Below are positions 1-13,606 of a DNA stretch of 64,000 bases, piece after piece. The notes under the pieces are model-generated. The model searched no databases, was not told the DNA's origin, and was given only the letters and a program-made list of their open reading frames with translations. Within the stretch, counting starts at the first letter, position 1, and the number at the start of each line of letters is the position of its first letter. Source of the DNA: Xylographa opegraphella (taxonomy: Eukaryota); the NCBI GenBank assembly GCA_022813865.1, contig JALDZX010000075.1, positions 1-64,000 of the forward strand, given 5' to 3'. The position numbers and the translations under genes are program-made.

Positions 1-303
1 GCCCGAGCTCTCGCTTAGCAGCTCTCGCTATCCTGCAGGCAGGCCGGGACTCTATTTCTAACAAGTTGTAAAAATAGGATCGAGTGGAATCGGCCGCAAC
101 GGCGTTTCGCCCTGTTACTCCGTCATCCCGCTAACAAGACGACCCTCATACATGCTCTACATGGCGACCCTCTCGGAGCACTTCGTTCAGCCAAATGCAA
201 GTTACGAAGCAGTGTCTATCAGCACTTTCTCCATTAGATCTCCAATCCTCCGATGCAATTGTGCTTGTAGTGACTATCGCACAAGTGCAATCCCATCTTT
301 AAC

Positions 304-1467
304 ATGGCTCCTCATAATGACATAGTGCTGTTTCATTACACCTATTCGCCATATGCCAGAAGGGTAAGCACTGAAACTGTGCGCTTCCTGGGTGGCTTTC
401 TGATTGACCAAGAAATAGGTCACTTGGTACTTAGCACTTCGAGGTATTGAATATGCTCAATGTGTAGGTAACCAAGTACAAAAGCTCAAAGCTGGCTCCG
501 CTGATCAGACTCCAAGTTACAACCTCCAACTCTTCCACGAAAGGACCTTGACGCCCTTGGTGTGAAGTATCGACGGATACCGGTCATGTCAATTGGCAGG
601 GACATATACTGTGATACACGCCTCATCCTCGAAAAACTCGAGACACGCTTTCCCGATGGTGCGCTAGGAGCGACTCAGCCGGATCAGAAGGCCATTGAGA
701 AGCTGCTAGAGAATTGGTGCATTGATGGTGGTGTTTTCAATAGAGCGTCACAGCTCATTCCTCCTGATATGCCATTATTGAACGACCCAAAGTTTAAGAA
801 GGACAGGGAGGATCTATCTGGGAGGAGCTGGGATAAGAATGATATCACAAAGATGCGCCCGGAAGCGATCTCGCATATTCGTGACGCGTTCGCTTTCTTG
901 GAGACTGGCCTGTTGGCTGATGATCGGGATTGGATATTGAATACAGAGAAGCCATCCTTGGCTGATATTGAAGGTTTGCATCCATAAGCTTGGAAGTCAC
1001 AATCAGGAGCTAATGCCTTCTTGATAGCTATTTGGCCTTTTCACTGGCTCACCGGTCTCAAAGGAGCTCTTCCTCCATCCTTCATTTCCTCAAAGCAATT
1101 CCCCAAGGTCTTTGCATGGATCGACCGATTTAGCAAGACAATTGCCAGTACCAAGGCATCCGCTCCGAAGGCTATAACACTCAAGGGAGCTGATGCTGTG
1201 GATTTCGTCACGCATGCGGAATTCTCGGAACCTGAGGGTGAGGTTGTGGAGGACCCCTTGGGACTTGAGAAGGGCCAAGACGTTGAGGTGTGGCCGATTG
1301 ACTTGGGCTTCAAAAACCATGATCGTGGCGTGCTATCTGCTTTAAATTCAAGGGAAGTAGTTATAGCAACTCGGACAAACCTTGGAGGGAAAGAAGTGAG
1401 GATCCATCATCCCAGAACAAATTTTAGGGTACGGGCAGTTGGTGGGAACACAGGGTCGAAGTTGTAG
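304..1467 (+). CDS. Glutathione S-transferase-like protein (thioredoxin-fold N-terminal domain), 4 exons: 304-363, 419-463, 517-973, 1028-1467
   Basis: The spliced product MAPHNDIVLFHYTYSPYARR-VTWYLALRGIEYAQC-LQPPTLPRKDL...YRRIPV...YCDTRLI carries GST N-domain motifs. Three GT-AG introns join the ORF-track pieces in frame. Confidence 0.85.
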
Positions 1468-1813
1468 CTTGTGAGTAGTTGGCATTTCAATTAATATCTT
1501 TGAAGACTGGCTGTCAATTGCCACTGATTTTCTATACTCTGTTCGCGATTGAATTGTGACACAGAATCGACAATAATATTATAGCACAATTCCCAAGCAC
1601 CGGTGCATGATACACGGACAAAACGGCTATATGGCAAAAGAGAAATACTAGAAAATATCGCCATGGACGCACGAGCCGCATGCACGGAAACGTGGTTGCC
1701 AAAGACTACCTTCGTAAATATTTGTTCATGGCCGTTAACAAAGGAGAACTAAGGTCCACAATGGGTATATCCAGCAATTCCTCATTCCCTGCTTCTTCCA
1801 ACTCCGATGTCCT

Positions 1814-4800
1814 CTAGCCGTAAGAGGTCGTTTCGACATTCAAAAACGCGTTGTCAAACAGCCAGGTGAGCAGTCCGCTCCCTGCAGGTCCGCCTCTCTG
1901 TACGGAGTACACCATCTGTCGTGTCCCTTCGTTCGCTGCGAGCCAACGGCGGCTCTCCAGCCGCAGAGCCATGAACATGAGGAACGTAGCGAGGAGGCAA
2001 AGCGAGACCAGAAACCAAACCAGTCCCTCCCATGCTCCGAGCCAATGTCTTTGACGGTACGGAACTCTTTGGAATACCGGAACAATCACGGGTTTTCGGC
2101 GCCGTCGGTCTCTGGGGCCAACCGCCCCTCCACTTGGTGGCGATGGGTCCGATGTGGAAGGGGAGCTGGATGGCGATGGTGGGTCTCCAGCTCCAGCTCC
2201 AGCTTGCTCTGGCTCTGGCTCTGGCCCTTGTGGCGGAACAGACGGACCGCTTGGATCTGCAGTTTCTCGATGTTCTGGATCCGGTCTCAAGCTCCTTACC
2301 CAGTCTGTCTCGTATATTGTACCAGCGGCGGTTGTTGGTTGTTGTTGGCTGTGCAAATATGGATCTACAGTTTTGGGTCTGCTTTGCGGTGGGCTGGCCT
2401 CGATGCTGGGTTGAACCTCCATTGCGGTTCTATCTGAATGCTGTGGGTATCCGAAACCCGACACAGTAGCAGAATCTTCGCCATGTGGTGGACCACTTGC
2501 GCCATTCAAGCTTCTTAGCCATGGTATCCCGTAAAGTCTACTAGGATCGCTCATTAATGGTTCTTGATCGTCTGAATATAGATCTGTTGGAAAGAAGAGT
2601 CTCGGTGTGCCTATCGATGGGACGTTACCGTTGAGTATCGGGGTTCTGCGACGACGAGTACCGGAGCGGCCTTCTTGTAGCGCTTGTCCGTTGATTGTTG
2701 GAGGTCTTTGTTGAGGGGTCTTGAAGCCTTCTTCCGGTCTCAGTGGCACCTCAGGGTTTGGGATTCTTTGTCGATCAGCCTTGAATTCGCGATTCTGTTG
2801 GGCCTCATTGTCGAAATCGAGATTGCTTTGTTGAGGACTCGTGGATTCGCTGTTTGGTGGTGCTGCACCGTCGACGTTTTCCAGAGTGAGGAGTCTTACT
2901 GGCGTACTTCGACTGGCCTCAACTCTCACAGGCCTAATTCGACTGACTCCAACGCCCTTTGATATCTTACCCTCAGCCGAGGGCACTATCTCTTCTTCCG
3001 GTTGTCGCGCGTTCTTGTCTTTGGAGTATTTGGATAAGTGTCTGGGATTGTTTTGTGATGAACGATTCTGTGTGGCATTTGGGGATCCGTGTATGCTGTT
3101 GTCGTCATTGGTAACCAAATCTGCCGCCTCCTCGATGGGACTGGAATCATTGGATCCCTTATTGATGGGATTGGATTCATCGGACCCGACCTCCGTGGGG
3201 CTGGAACCATGAGACTTCTTCTTGATGGGATGAGATTTATCAGACCCTTGCTTGGTGGCAGTGGACTCATCGGACCCCGAAGATCCATCAAGCTCTTCTT
3301 CCAAGCTCCTTCCTCCATTGACTGCGCCGGCACTGTCGAGATCCTGATCTGTGTTAGCACATTTCTTCGGTATGCTGGAGAGCTTTAGATGCGTATAAAT
3401 ACATCTGTAGAATCCTAACAGAATCTAGAGCGAGGGCTGGGGCTTACCTGTTCGCTTTCTGCCTCACTCGGGTTCGTAAACGCTCGTCCACGGAGAGCTA
3501 CGAGCGCATCTTGCACCTTGCGCTGTTTCAGTGCCGCCTCCATGCGTTCATCTTTCATTTTCCTCCTTGTGGTGGCTTCGAGATTCTCGTTTTGGAACCG
3601 ATGCTCGTCGGCCATCCGGGCCGTGGCTTCTCGCAATTCAGCTAGTTCTTGTTTGAGTTCTTCCCTTGTCAAAGCCGCGGTGTACTTCTCTCGCTGCCAA
3701 TCGCCAGCCTGTGCCAGAGTGTTTTTGAGCATGGAACGTTCATACGTGACTTTCTGAATTTCGTCCTTCAAACGTGCGTTCTCGATAAGGGTAGCTACCT
3801 GTCCTCTTCGTACGACGCTGAGCTGCTGGTCGCTTTCCTTCAGTTCTATAGACCTATCCTTGATTTCCTCATTTAACACCTTCACACGATTACTCAGATT
3901 TGTGTTGTCCTTAGTCAGTGTGAGCTCTCTGCTTGTGTATTCAGTCATGCGTCCTTCGGCGGCTCTCATATCTTGTGCGTGCTGCGCTTTTTCAAGTTGG
4001 AGTCTTTGGACTTGGGCCCCCTGGTCATGCAATCTCTCCTCATAGAGTGTAATCGTGTTCCCCTGCTCATCCAATTCTGCCTCCAAACTCTTGACTTCAT
4101 CTTTCAGCTTATCGCGAGCGTATTCGGCTCGAAGAGCCCCGTCAATTACTTCTGCTTCTGTGTTTCTCATGTCCTTGGTCTGACTTTCGATAATCTGATT
4201 CTGTAATCGAGCGATCGTGGCCTCGTGGCTTGCAGCTATCTGTTGCCAAACTCTAATCGATTTGATGTGTGAAGCGCTGCCGCTTTCGTGGGCGGAACCT
4301 ACTATTGTCCCGTTCGGAGCCGCATCTTTTGAAAGCGCACGAAGCTCCACAATAGTGTTTTCTTTCGCGGCTATCTTCCTTTCATATAGTGCAAATCGCG
4401 CTTCTGCTCTTTGCCTGTCCTTGTTCGCTAGTTTTATGTCCGCTTGTAATTCTTCTAGCATCGCTGCATACTTCTTGTCTACGTCTTCACGATGACTTTC
4501 AATCGTGCGGATCCGGTCTTCAAAGAATTTGTTGCTGCCTTTCAACGTGCCTATTTCGGTGCTTTGGGCTGCCGACTCTGGATTTTCCAATTTGTTTTCC
4601 AGTTCTTCGATTATAGAGTTTTTCTCCTCCACCGTTTCCAAGAGGTTTCCAATTCTTTCAGCCATACATTGCATAGGTACCCTCCGGACGTGCTTCGTCA
4701 TCGCAACCATGTCTCGCGCTGAGGGATAGAATCCATCACTTCCCGGCCCGATAGGCAACTCGGCATATCCTGATCTGAGAACCTCCCAGTAAAGGTCGTG

Positions 4801-5489
4801 TGGTACAGGCCGGGGCTCTGTCGTCGCCAGTTTACTTATTGCGGCCGGCGGTAGATAACTGTAAGATTCTTTGCCGAAAATTGGGGGAATCAGCGATGGA
4901 TCACCTTGAGACGCGAAGAACACCTCGGTGAAACGAGTCTTTGGTATTATTTTGGGTGACGGCTGAGTGTATTCCAAATAATCAACCTCCTCGTCAGAAT
5001 CAGTTTTTTCGTTATTCATTGTTGCCTGCGCTATATTGTCACGCTCTGTTGATTTGATTTCTTCACCATCATCGGCACCTTGGACTTCCTTGACATATGT
5101 TAGACCGCCATTGTCAAAGTATGGCGAAATAGTTGCTGTATCCTCACCTGCTGGGACGAGCCCTGAGATTGGTCATCTCTTCTGGTTGGAACACCCTTCT
5201 CTGTCTCACCACTGCGAGGGGTGTCAAAAGTACTGTCTGAATTGAACCTGCTTGAACTGCCTTCCGGGTCGGACGAAACCGCCTTCACGGTCACAGGTGT
5301 CATAGGTGCATCGTCAGTGTACAAATCAGCATCAGCAGAGTGCAGTTTCTCTTGAGCCGAAGCACCGAGAGACTGTTGGGCTGCATGGCTAGCAGATTGC
5401 AGCGGGGGAGGCTTTGAAAAGGCGTCGTCAGAATGCTGATCCTGGTGAGCCGTAGAGTCAATGTTCTGCAGAGATTGTTCTCCAGACAT
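1814..5489 (-). CDS. Large uncharacterised coiled-coil protein with a single C-terminal transmembrane helix, 3 exons (introns 5089-5147 and 3344-3447)
   Basis: ORFs 5100-5489, 3415-5019 and 1814-3304 join in frame through GT-AG introns with CTAAC branch sites. There is a long E/K/R/L heptad region, a disordered region, and the hydrophobic segment GLVWFLVSLCLLATFLMFMAL near the end. Confidence 0.7.
3128..3277 (-). repeat. Coding minisatellite: five degenerate 30-bp units (10-aa repeat GS[DN]xSxPIxx)
   Basis: Units align at a 30-nt period (gatggga...cat.gga.cc). They translate to GSDESTATKQ / GSDKSHPIKK / KSHGSSPTEV / GSDESNPINK / GSNDSSPIEE. Confidence 0.8.
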
Positions 5490-6114
5490 GCTGTCGGCTA
5501 TCTATCTGGACTTATGTGCCTACTGTCGGTACGATCCGCGATGTACCTTCTATCAACGACGATGGCACTGTAGGAAACGATGGAGACAGAGGGTTCATTC
5601 AAAGAACATGGCACAGTTTCACTGGCCATATGAGAACCACGAATACCACCTGTGCATTTCTTTGTCCGGACTTATGCTGCTCTTTATATAGCATCAACCT
5701 GCCGGATCCGGTCCGTTGTACGGAAGCACATTGGAAGACTACAATTGCTATTCACGTAGAGCACGAGATTTACGGTGAAGGGTGTCAGACACAAATACGA
5801 CATAGTTTAGTCTATAGGTTATCCGTATTTGCTGATGGTGCTTTGGACGATGATAATGGCTGATAGCGGCGCAAAGGGGTTGATTGGAAGGAAAGGGTGC
5901 CAAGGGCGCCTTGGCATGCTCGCATGAAGCCCGCGCACAGACCAGGTCGCCCAACAAGGCTACGTCGAACAGCTTGTGTGATTCGCTGGCGGTCAGAACA
6001 TGCAACGGAGCTTCTGATGTTGTTGGAGAGTGCCGATGTTGCCTGTAGCAGTGGTCGCTCAGTCTTGTCCTCTGCAGACACGGTGGTTTGCGACATGACA
6101 TATATGTCCTAGCG

Positions 6115-9100
6115 ATGTTCAACCTCAATGCGCTGGTCTTAAAAGCTCAATCCTTGATCGATCCGGCGTTGTCTCCCAGCTCCAACTCCTCTGAAAGGAA
6201 ACCAAGCAAAGCTACACTCTTCCGACATCAATTCCGTCTTCCGGACTCGGAATCTCCGTTACATGAGATCACTGCTGAGCTGACCTTGACCCTCCACACG
6301 CCTCTCAGTAACAGCCCGGCTTCGGCCGAGCGAAGTACCACTGCATCCCGGGGCACTGTCTATGCCGGGAAGTTACACTTAAGCGACAATTATCTATGTT
6401 TCTCCACCGTGCCTACGAGCTTTCAACCGAATGCTAGTTTACAAGCATCGAGCGCCTTCACAGGCCACACCCGCGGCACAGGTCCCGCAGGCAATGGCTT
6501 TACGCTACCTCTCTGCGCCATCAGGAAGGCTGAGCGGCTTCCCTCTCAAAATTCGATGTACGCGTTAGCCATAACAACCTGGAATGGCTTTACTTCCCCA
6601 AGCCCAAATGCAAGAGGCGATATTCAGAGACTTGTTCTCCAGTTGGTGGGCAGCCGTCAGGCTTGCGACAGATTCTGTGACAGTCTTAAGAAGGGATTGA
6701 GGCAGGGCATGAAGCAATTGGAGAATCTCAAGGTCGTTGTGGCGGAATGTTATTCGGAATATCTCCTTGCTGGGCCTGGCGGAAAGTCAAAAGATGTGAC
6801 CAATGCATCAAATATACAGAAAAAACCTCCAGATGCTGGGCTCGGTATCCTGCCGCTCTTTCGGTATCCGGGAAATCCAAGAAAATTACGGGATAGTAGC
6901 AAAATGAGGTTATGGGGCGAGTACCTTAGAGGTTCGTCTGACACAAGGATGCGTAGCTTTTCATGCTAAGTTGAGATGTTATGGCAGAGAATGGGCGAAA
7001 TGCTACTCTTGTGAAACAGCCTAAATTTCATCAGCTCATACGCGTGGGACTTCCGAATCGTCTTCGGGGTGAGATATGGGAACTCACTTCCGGCTCCTTC
7101 TTTGTCCGATTACAGGACCCTAGCTTGTATTCAAGAACGCTTGAGAAACACGCAGGACGGGAGTCCCTGGCCATCGATGAGATCGAGAAGGACTTAAATC
7201 GTAGCTTGCCGGAATATCCGGGGTTTCAGAGTGAAGAGGGTATCGGACGTCTACGACGCGTTCTTACAGCCTACAGTTGGGTCAATGAAGAAGTTGGATA
7301 CTGTCAGGCAATGAACATTGTTGTTGCAGCGTTACTAATGCAAGTGGCCGTTCGAGGTAAAGTGCCTTGCTAATATATGATAGATATATGTCTGAATCAC
7401 AAGCGTTCTCCCTCCTTTCGGTTTTGTGCGACCGTCTTCTACCCGGCTACTACTCGATGACTATGTATGGCACTTTGCTCGACCAGCGGGTTTTCGAGTC
7501 ATTGGTCGAAAAGACTATGCCAATTCTGTGGGAGCATCTGGTAAAGTCGGATGTACAACTATCCGTTGTTTCTTTGCCTTGGTTTCTGTCACTGTATATC
7601 AACTCTATGTCTTGGGAGCATGCATTTCGAGTACTGGATGTATTCTTTCTGGAAGGGCCAAAAGTTCTCTTCCAAATTGGGCTTGCAATTCTCCGAATAA
7701 ACGGAGAAGAGCTCTTAGACGTCGCAGATGACGGAACCTTTATCTCTATCTTAAAGACTTATTTTTCCCGGCTGGACGAATCGGCTCACCCAACGTCAGA
7801 GAACGAGAAGCATCGCTCGGTCACAAAATTCCAAGAACTCCTAGTGGTGGCGTTTAAGGAATTTGCAGGAATTACACAAAGTACTATCTCTGAGCAACGA
7901 GCGAAGCACAAAGATGCTGTACTTGACAGTATCGAGATCTTTGCCAAACGAACTTCTATCCGCAACCTTGGCCCTGATAGCAAACGGCTGAATGTTGATG
8001 ATCTGAGTTTTTTGTATGATCGATTCTATGGTACCTTGTATGAACAGGAACGAAATCTGCAAATGTTTCGAGAAGAGTCAAACAAGCGAGCGAAATCTGG
8101 CACAACACGGGCGACAGAGATAATCACAGGAATCGGTGGGAACACGAGTGTGGAAATGGGTCGTGTTGGTCTTGGGCCAAGTCCTGAAATTATGAACTAT
8201 GACGCCTTCCGAGAATTTCTAGCTGGCGTCACGAAATGGGCCATTGCAGATACGCCTAGGTCACCACTTGGAGAATTGTCTTTTGATAGCAGAAACGCTC
8301 GAACGCCAACTCCCAGAAGTCGGGATTTCCAATTGTCGCCAGCTGGCCGACTCAAATCAGAACCTGCGGATCATGACTTCATGCAACGACTTTACGGTCG
8401 GTGGAATAAGGACGATAAGGATGGACTTAGTCTACAGAATGTCGTTTCTGGACTGGCAGATATAAAGGGATCGATGGACTTGATGAACACGATAAGCTAC
8501 TTCTTCAGCCTTTACGACGATGACAGGGATGGTAAAGTGGGGCGAGAAGGAATACTTCGGATGTCAGAAGCACTCCTATTCCTTACACGAAGAGGACTGG
8601 AGGGTGATTTTACCATCATCGGCTTCTCAAACGGCGAGGCAAATGAAGCCTTGGATGATGATGCCTCGGGTGGTGGCCAGACTACCCATGGGTCGAAACT
8701 CGGCGAGAAATTCCTGAACAGTGTGAGCGCCTTCATCAGGCGATGCTTCGAATATGCCGATCCAGATCATCCACAGAATCAAGATGAAGCATCGTCCGGC
8801 AGTGGTGGCCTTCTGATCAATGGAATGGACAAATTCAGCATCGGCGACGATGATGAGGAGGACTTGATTGATGTGTCGGATGTCAGCGTCAGAAGCGTTT
8901 CCGTTTCGACGGAAAATGTCAGAAGCCCGAGCACTGCGTTGTCTTCCCCTCCACTACCAGACACACCGCGTACCCCACAAGCGAAGCAAGCAGCAAATCT
9001 GGCGCTCGACCCAGCCAACCCGCTCCACATCACCCTCCCCACCTTCCGCATGGTCATCCTCGCCGACGAACTCCTGCAACAGTTCTTCGAATTCTCCTTC

Positions 9101-9574
9101 GCCGAATCCTTCCACCTGTCCCCTCCCGCCGTCGGACGAACGTCCAGCAGTTTCTCCATCCAAACCCCCACCCTCACGACCTTTAGCAATATTGGCAAAC
9201 GCAACGTCCTGCAGCCTGGCATCCCGACGGCGCCGAATGCTCCGGCTTCCAAGGGCCTCCGCGGCGTGCTCGACAACATCGCAGCCGAGGTCTGGAAGCG
9301 CATGGACGAAGCCCAGCGGGAGATGGAGCGGAATGCGACCAGTCGCGACGACGACTACGATGACGACGACGACGACGACGAGGCCAGAGCGGCGAGCCTG
9401 TATGGGCCTGATGGCGAGCGGCGGAGCGTCAGGGAGAAGGATCGGGATCTTTTGGAGGGGGCGGAGGTCGGGAGTATCAAGGACGTCGAGAGGGTGGTTG
9501 TTGATCCCAAGGAACTACAGGGCGCGAGCGGGGAGGCGGGCGTTCGGGAGAAGATTGTCGATTTCGAGGCGTGA
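6115..9574 (+). CDS. GYP2: TBC-domain Rab GTPase-activating protein with GRAM-like and EF-hand regions (Gyp2/Mdr1, TBC1D8/9 family); introns 6932-6987 and 7340-7383 (GC-AG)
   Basis: TBC motifs IEKDLNRS and [10 protein letters not shown]-hand-like YDDDRDGKV, and the N-terminal [16 protein letters not shown]-like strand. Confidence 0.9.
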
Positions 9575-10735
9575 GCGGTGGAATCTATCTTGCCCGGGGG
9601 TTGGGGGGCGGGGGCGGCGGGAGAAATAGGTGTCTCTTAATCGGCATGCGATATCGTGGCGGAGCGTCCTTGATCGTGCTCTTGTCATGGATACACATTT
9701 ACCGTAGTTTCGATCTTGCGTCCTGCGCGCTGCCATGCCCTTGTCGCGCGACTGCTGGTTCGGATGAAATGCCCTTGAATCTAATACGTAGATACTTTAC
9801 TTGGAGGAAGCCTTCAACTCCGTCCACCGCCATGCACGTGTGTCCCCTCATCTCCCCCCCCCCCCTCCTCTTGGCTCCGCTGCGGGTGGCGTACAGGGAC
9901 CTAACTAAAGGATCCATCATATATTTCCCACACAGCCCTCGCTATGATGCGAGCGGCGAGTGTAGATGGTGGGGCGGAAGAGGAGGAGTGATGGGTGCGG
10001 AGGAGGGGATTGATGCTGGGTGTAAGTAGGGTTGGGGATAGGATACCTTACTATCCGCTTTGCGGGCTAGGTGTTGAGGGGGGATTGGAAGGGGGATGGG
10101 GGATGTGGGATGTGGACGCCGTGGTGGTTGTGGTGGTCGTGGTGCTTGAAACGAGCTGGGATGGGATGGGATGCATGGAAGGGGGGGGATGATCTACGTC
10201 TTGTGGAGAGCTACTACTTCGATTGCGGTTTGATATAGCATTTCATGTGTTAAACCTTGGTGTATAGGGATAGGAATAGAGATAGCAATAGGTATTCAAA
10301 ACAGAGGGCGTTCCTATCTCCCGCTCTTCTGTTTAGGATCTGGGGTCTGGGCGGCACTGGCGGTCGCGGGCGCGGGATTACGCGTCTCTTTGGGGGCGAA
10401 AGGGGATTGGCGGTTGGTGTGGAAGGGGAGCTTCGTTGCGTTGATAGTGTCACGCGTTATGCACGATGGGGGGATTGCTACTAAGTAGATTTCTCTGGGA
10501 AGGGGGAATACGGGTAACCCGGAGCACGAAGTGTGCGGTTCAGACGCGAGGAAGGGTTGCTGGGGTTTTGAATCAGCGGGGTGGGAGTTGATGGGAGAGG
10601 AGGTTGGTGGAGGGGAGGTCGAAGAATGGAAGTTGCCTGGTTGATCCATTCCGGCCGACACAAGTGCATAAGACGACGGGGTGAGTGCCACTCGTGTGGA
10701 CTATTTACCACGAAAGACAAGACCCGGAAAGCCGC

Positions 10736-12483
10736 TCAGCGCCCAAAGTGCTTCTTCTCGATCGTGCGCGCGATGGGGTAAACCAGCAGCGTGATGGCGC
10801 CGCTCATGTAAACGCCCACGTCGCCACCGTAGGGCCCGAACAGCAGGGCGATCGGCTACACGGATCGTCAGTATCGGAGGCGGGGGACTTCAGTGGGGCG
10901 ATATTTGCGAAGAGGACTCACGCCAATGTACCACGTCTGTGACATGCCAGGCACTCCGCCGCCCAAGTAGCCACACAGGAGGGCGAGCACAGCCGCGATG
11001 CCGGGCGGCAGGTTCTCCGGCTGGTTCCACGAGGTGAGGATGTAGCCGTCGCGTCTGCGGAAGACCTTGTCTTCGAGCAGGAGGATGATGGTGAAGGAGA
11101 CGGTCCAGTAGCCGAGGAGGGAGACGAAGTTGTTGACGATGGTCTCGAGAGATTCTTGGCCGGCGATGGCGAGTACGGCGATGACGATCGCTACAAGCAG
11201 CGACCAGATGAAGCGCGGCACGGCGTGGAAATAGTAGCCGAGCAGCTGGAGCGAAAGACCACTGGAGTAGTTGATCGCGATGTTGTTGCCGAGCACGGAA
11301 AAGGTTAGCATGATGAGGCAGAACTTGGACCATCCGACGGGGTGGTAGATCTCGGCGATAAGGCCGCCCAGGGAATGTTGGTTATACGCGTCCGCATACG
11401 GGGCATATTCCGTGAGGAAAACAGGAACGCCGATTGCAGCACCTATAGTCACGCTGAAAGTGGTGGGGATGACCACGCCAAAGAACGACAGGGCGAAGAT
11501 CTTCCAGGCCGGGGTTTTGGCTGGATAGTTGCAGTAGTAATCGGAGGAAATCGAACACCAGCCAGATGAATTGGCTAGGACGAATGAGCGCGTGTTGCAT
11601 CTATGCTCGCTGGACGTCACTTACAGAAATTGATGGCGACGATACTCAGGAATGAGCCTGCGTATCCAAGGCCGGTATCGAACCCTGGCGCATTGGGGTC
11701 AATATTCGGCGCAGCCTGTGCGATCAGGACACAAAAAAGAATGAATGTGCTGATCCACGAATACTTTTCGAACGTGTGAATGAGGCGGAAGCCGAAGACT
11801 GAGACGATGTAGGAGATGACGGCGATAATGACAATCCCTACGGTAATGCTCATGGTGTAATCCGACACCGCGCTGAGCACCTGACCAACAACCACGTAGT
11901 TGACGACGGCGAAACCTCCACCAACGATGACATTGAGAACGGAGCAGAGCTTCGCACCCCACCAGCCAAAAGAGTAGCGAGATGTTGCAATTGCTCGAAG
12001 GCCGAGCTATAGAATCTGTCAGCCTGCACTCGCAGAGAGCGGAGATGGCGAAGAACGTGCCTTGGGGCCCAGAGTTCCTGTATAAGCAGTGCAGGTCGCT
12101 CCCAGGCAAATACCAAGGAAGCTGGCACCAACAGATTGCCCCAGTGTCAAGCCGAAGATGGGCCCCAGCAAGCCCAGCGGCACGACGCCGACATGCACGT
12201 TCAGCGACCACCACAGCAGAAAGATGTTGATGATAGAAGGCGGTCGTTTCTCCTCCTCCGGAATGCGATCGATGCCTTGGAGCTCAATGCCCATTTTCCT
12301 GTCCAGCCACTCTTCGGCATGGCGCATCGAGCGCACCACTCGATTCTGTTGTTGGATGTCGCGCACCTTGGCCACCTCGGCCGCATTGCTCTGGTCGCCA
12401 TCAAGAGCAGTCACGTCGGCCACTTTGGTATGGGCCTCGAGATCCGACTTCTCCGGGTCGACATAATGCACAAAGTCCGACAT
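10736..12483 (-). CDS. NCS1 purine-cytosine permease family transporter (Fcy2/Tpn1-like); introns 12007-12060 (GC-AG), 11575-11624, 10856-10921
   Basis: The spliced product has GPKLGLR...SRYSFGWWG, SSDYYCNYP, NYSSGLSLQ, LGYW and GMSQTWYIGPIA...GGDVG motifs and many TM helices. Confidence 0.9.
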
Positions 12484-13606
12484 CTTTGCCGTACGAGTTC
12501 AGTCGGTCATAGCACAATTTCTCTCCGTCGGCGCAATTCCATGGTGTTGGAGGATGGAGTCCCATATATGCCAGGCCAGTCACAACGAAGCTTGCCCACT
12601 CCGTCCCTAGCGGAGACGAGTGCCAAGAGATAAGAAGCGGCGATAGCGCGAACCGAGGTTAGATCGGTCCGGCCCTTCCAGACCGTGAAGTCCGGCCGGC
12701 GCCATAGAAGCTTCTCGCTCGCTTCTTCCATTGTTCGCTCGTCGCACCCACCTTCCTGATGCGTGAGTGCTTCCGATCACCTTCAAACGGAGTCAGCGAG
12801 ATGCGAGATAGAGGCGGGAAGTACAGTATTCCAAGGGTCCAAGAGTCCAGGATTGTAAGTGGGTGCTTTTGCTTTTGCTTTATTATTGCTCGTAAGAAAG
12901 GTCACACAAGTATATATACACGAAGCTCGATGTCCACCAGGCTGCCTTTGGCAAAGTCTGATTCACATTAATAACGACGAGTTCACACAAGAAAGAACGA
13001 GGGTCAACTCTGATCAGAGACAGGCAGTGCTCGTCGCAAACAAGACTCCTTCAACGAGGGTGCCCTTTGATAAATTATTGACTTGATAGCAATGCGCCAG
13101 AGGAGACGAGGATACAGAACGAGAAAGAAAGCTGGTGGAAGAATAGCCCGCGGCCATATCCCATCGGGCCCTGGCCAAACTTTCATCCGTTCGAATAACT
13201 TGGCGCTTTTGCGTCCATTGTACCTACTGAATCTATGGTGTCGTTGCTTTGAATCTTGCTGTCCGTACCGCTTTCTATATGACTGCTCAGCATTACAGTC
13301 GATGTGGGGATAGGGCTGGATGGGCTGGAGGGGCGAGAGGGGAATTGGGAGGAAGAGCGAAGGCGAGAAACGGCCTCTCATTCGCAACTTCTACTCGCGT
13401 ATTCAATTTTCAGCGCTTAGGCAGTCGAGGCAGTGCCAAACAATGTTCTGCGAGGGTGCGTTGTCAAGTGTGCTAGCAGCCGAAGACATTGGCCGAGGAC
13501 GTGGCCAGGTCGCAGAGATACACCAAGGCATGACATGCTCACAGAAGAGCATACAGCGTCCGCCTGGTCGTGTGATTCGTCGGAAATGCACATTTCTTAT
13601 CCACGT

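Noticed and set aside
13004..13387. 127-aa minus-strand ORF between the permease and the methyltransferase
   Set aside because: No recognisable motif, codon bias or convincing exon structure.
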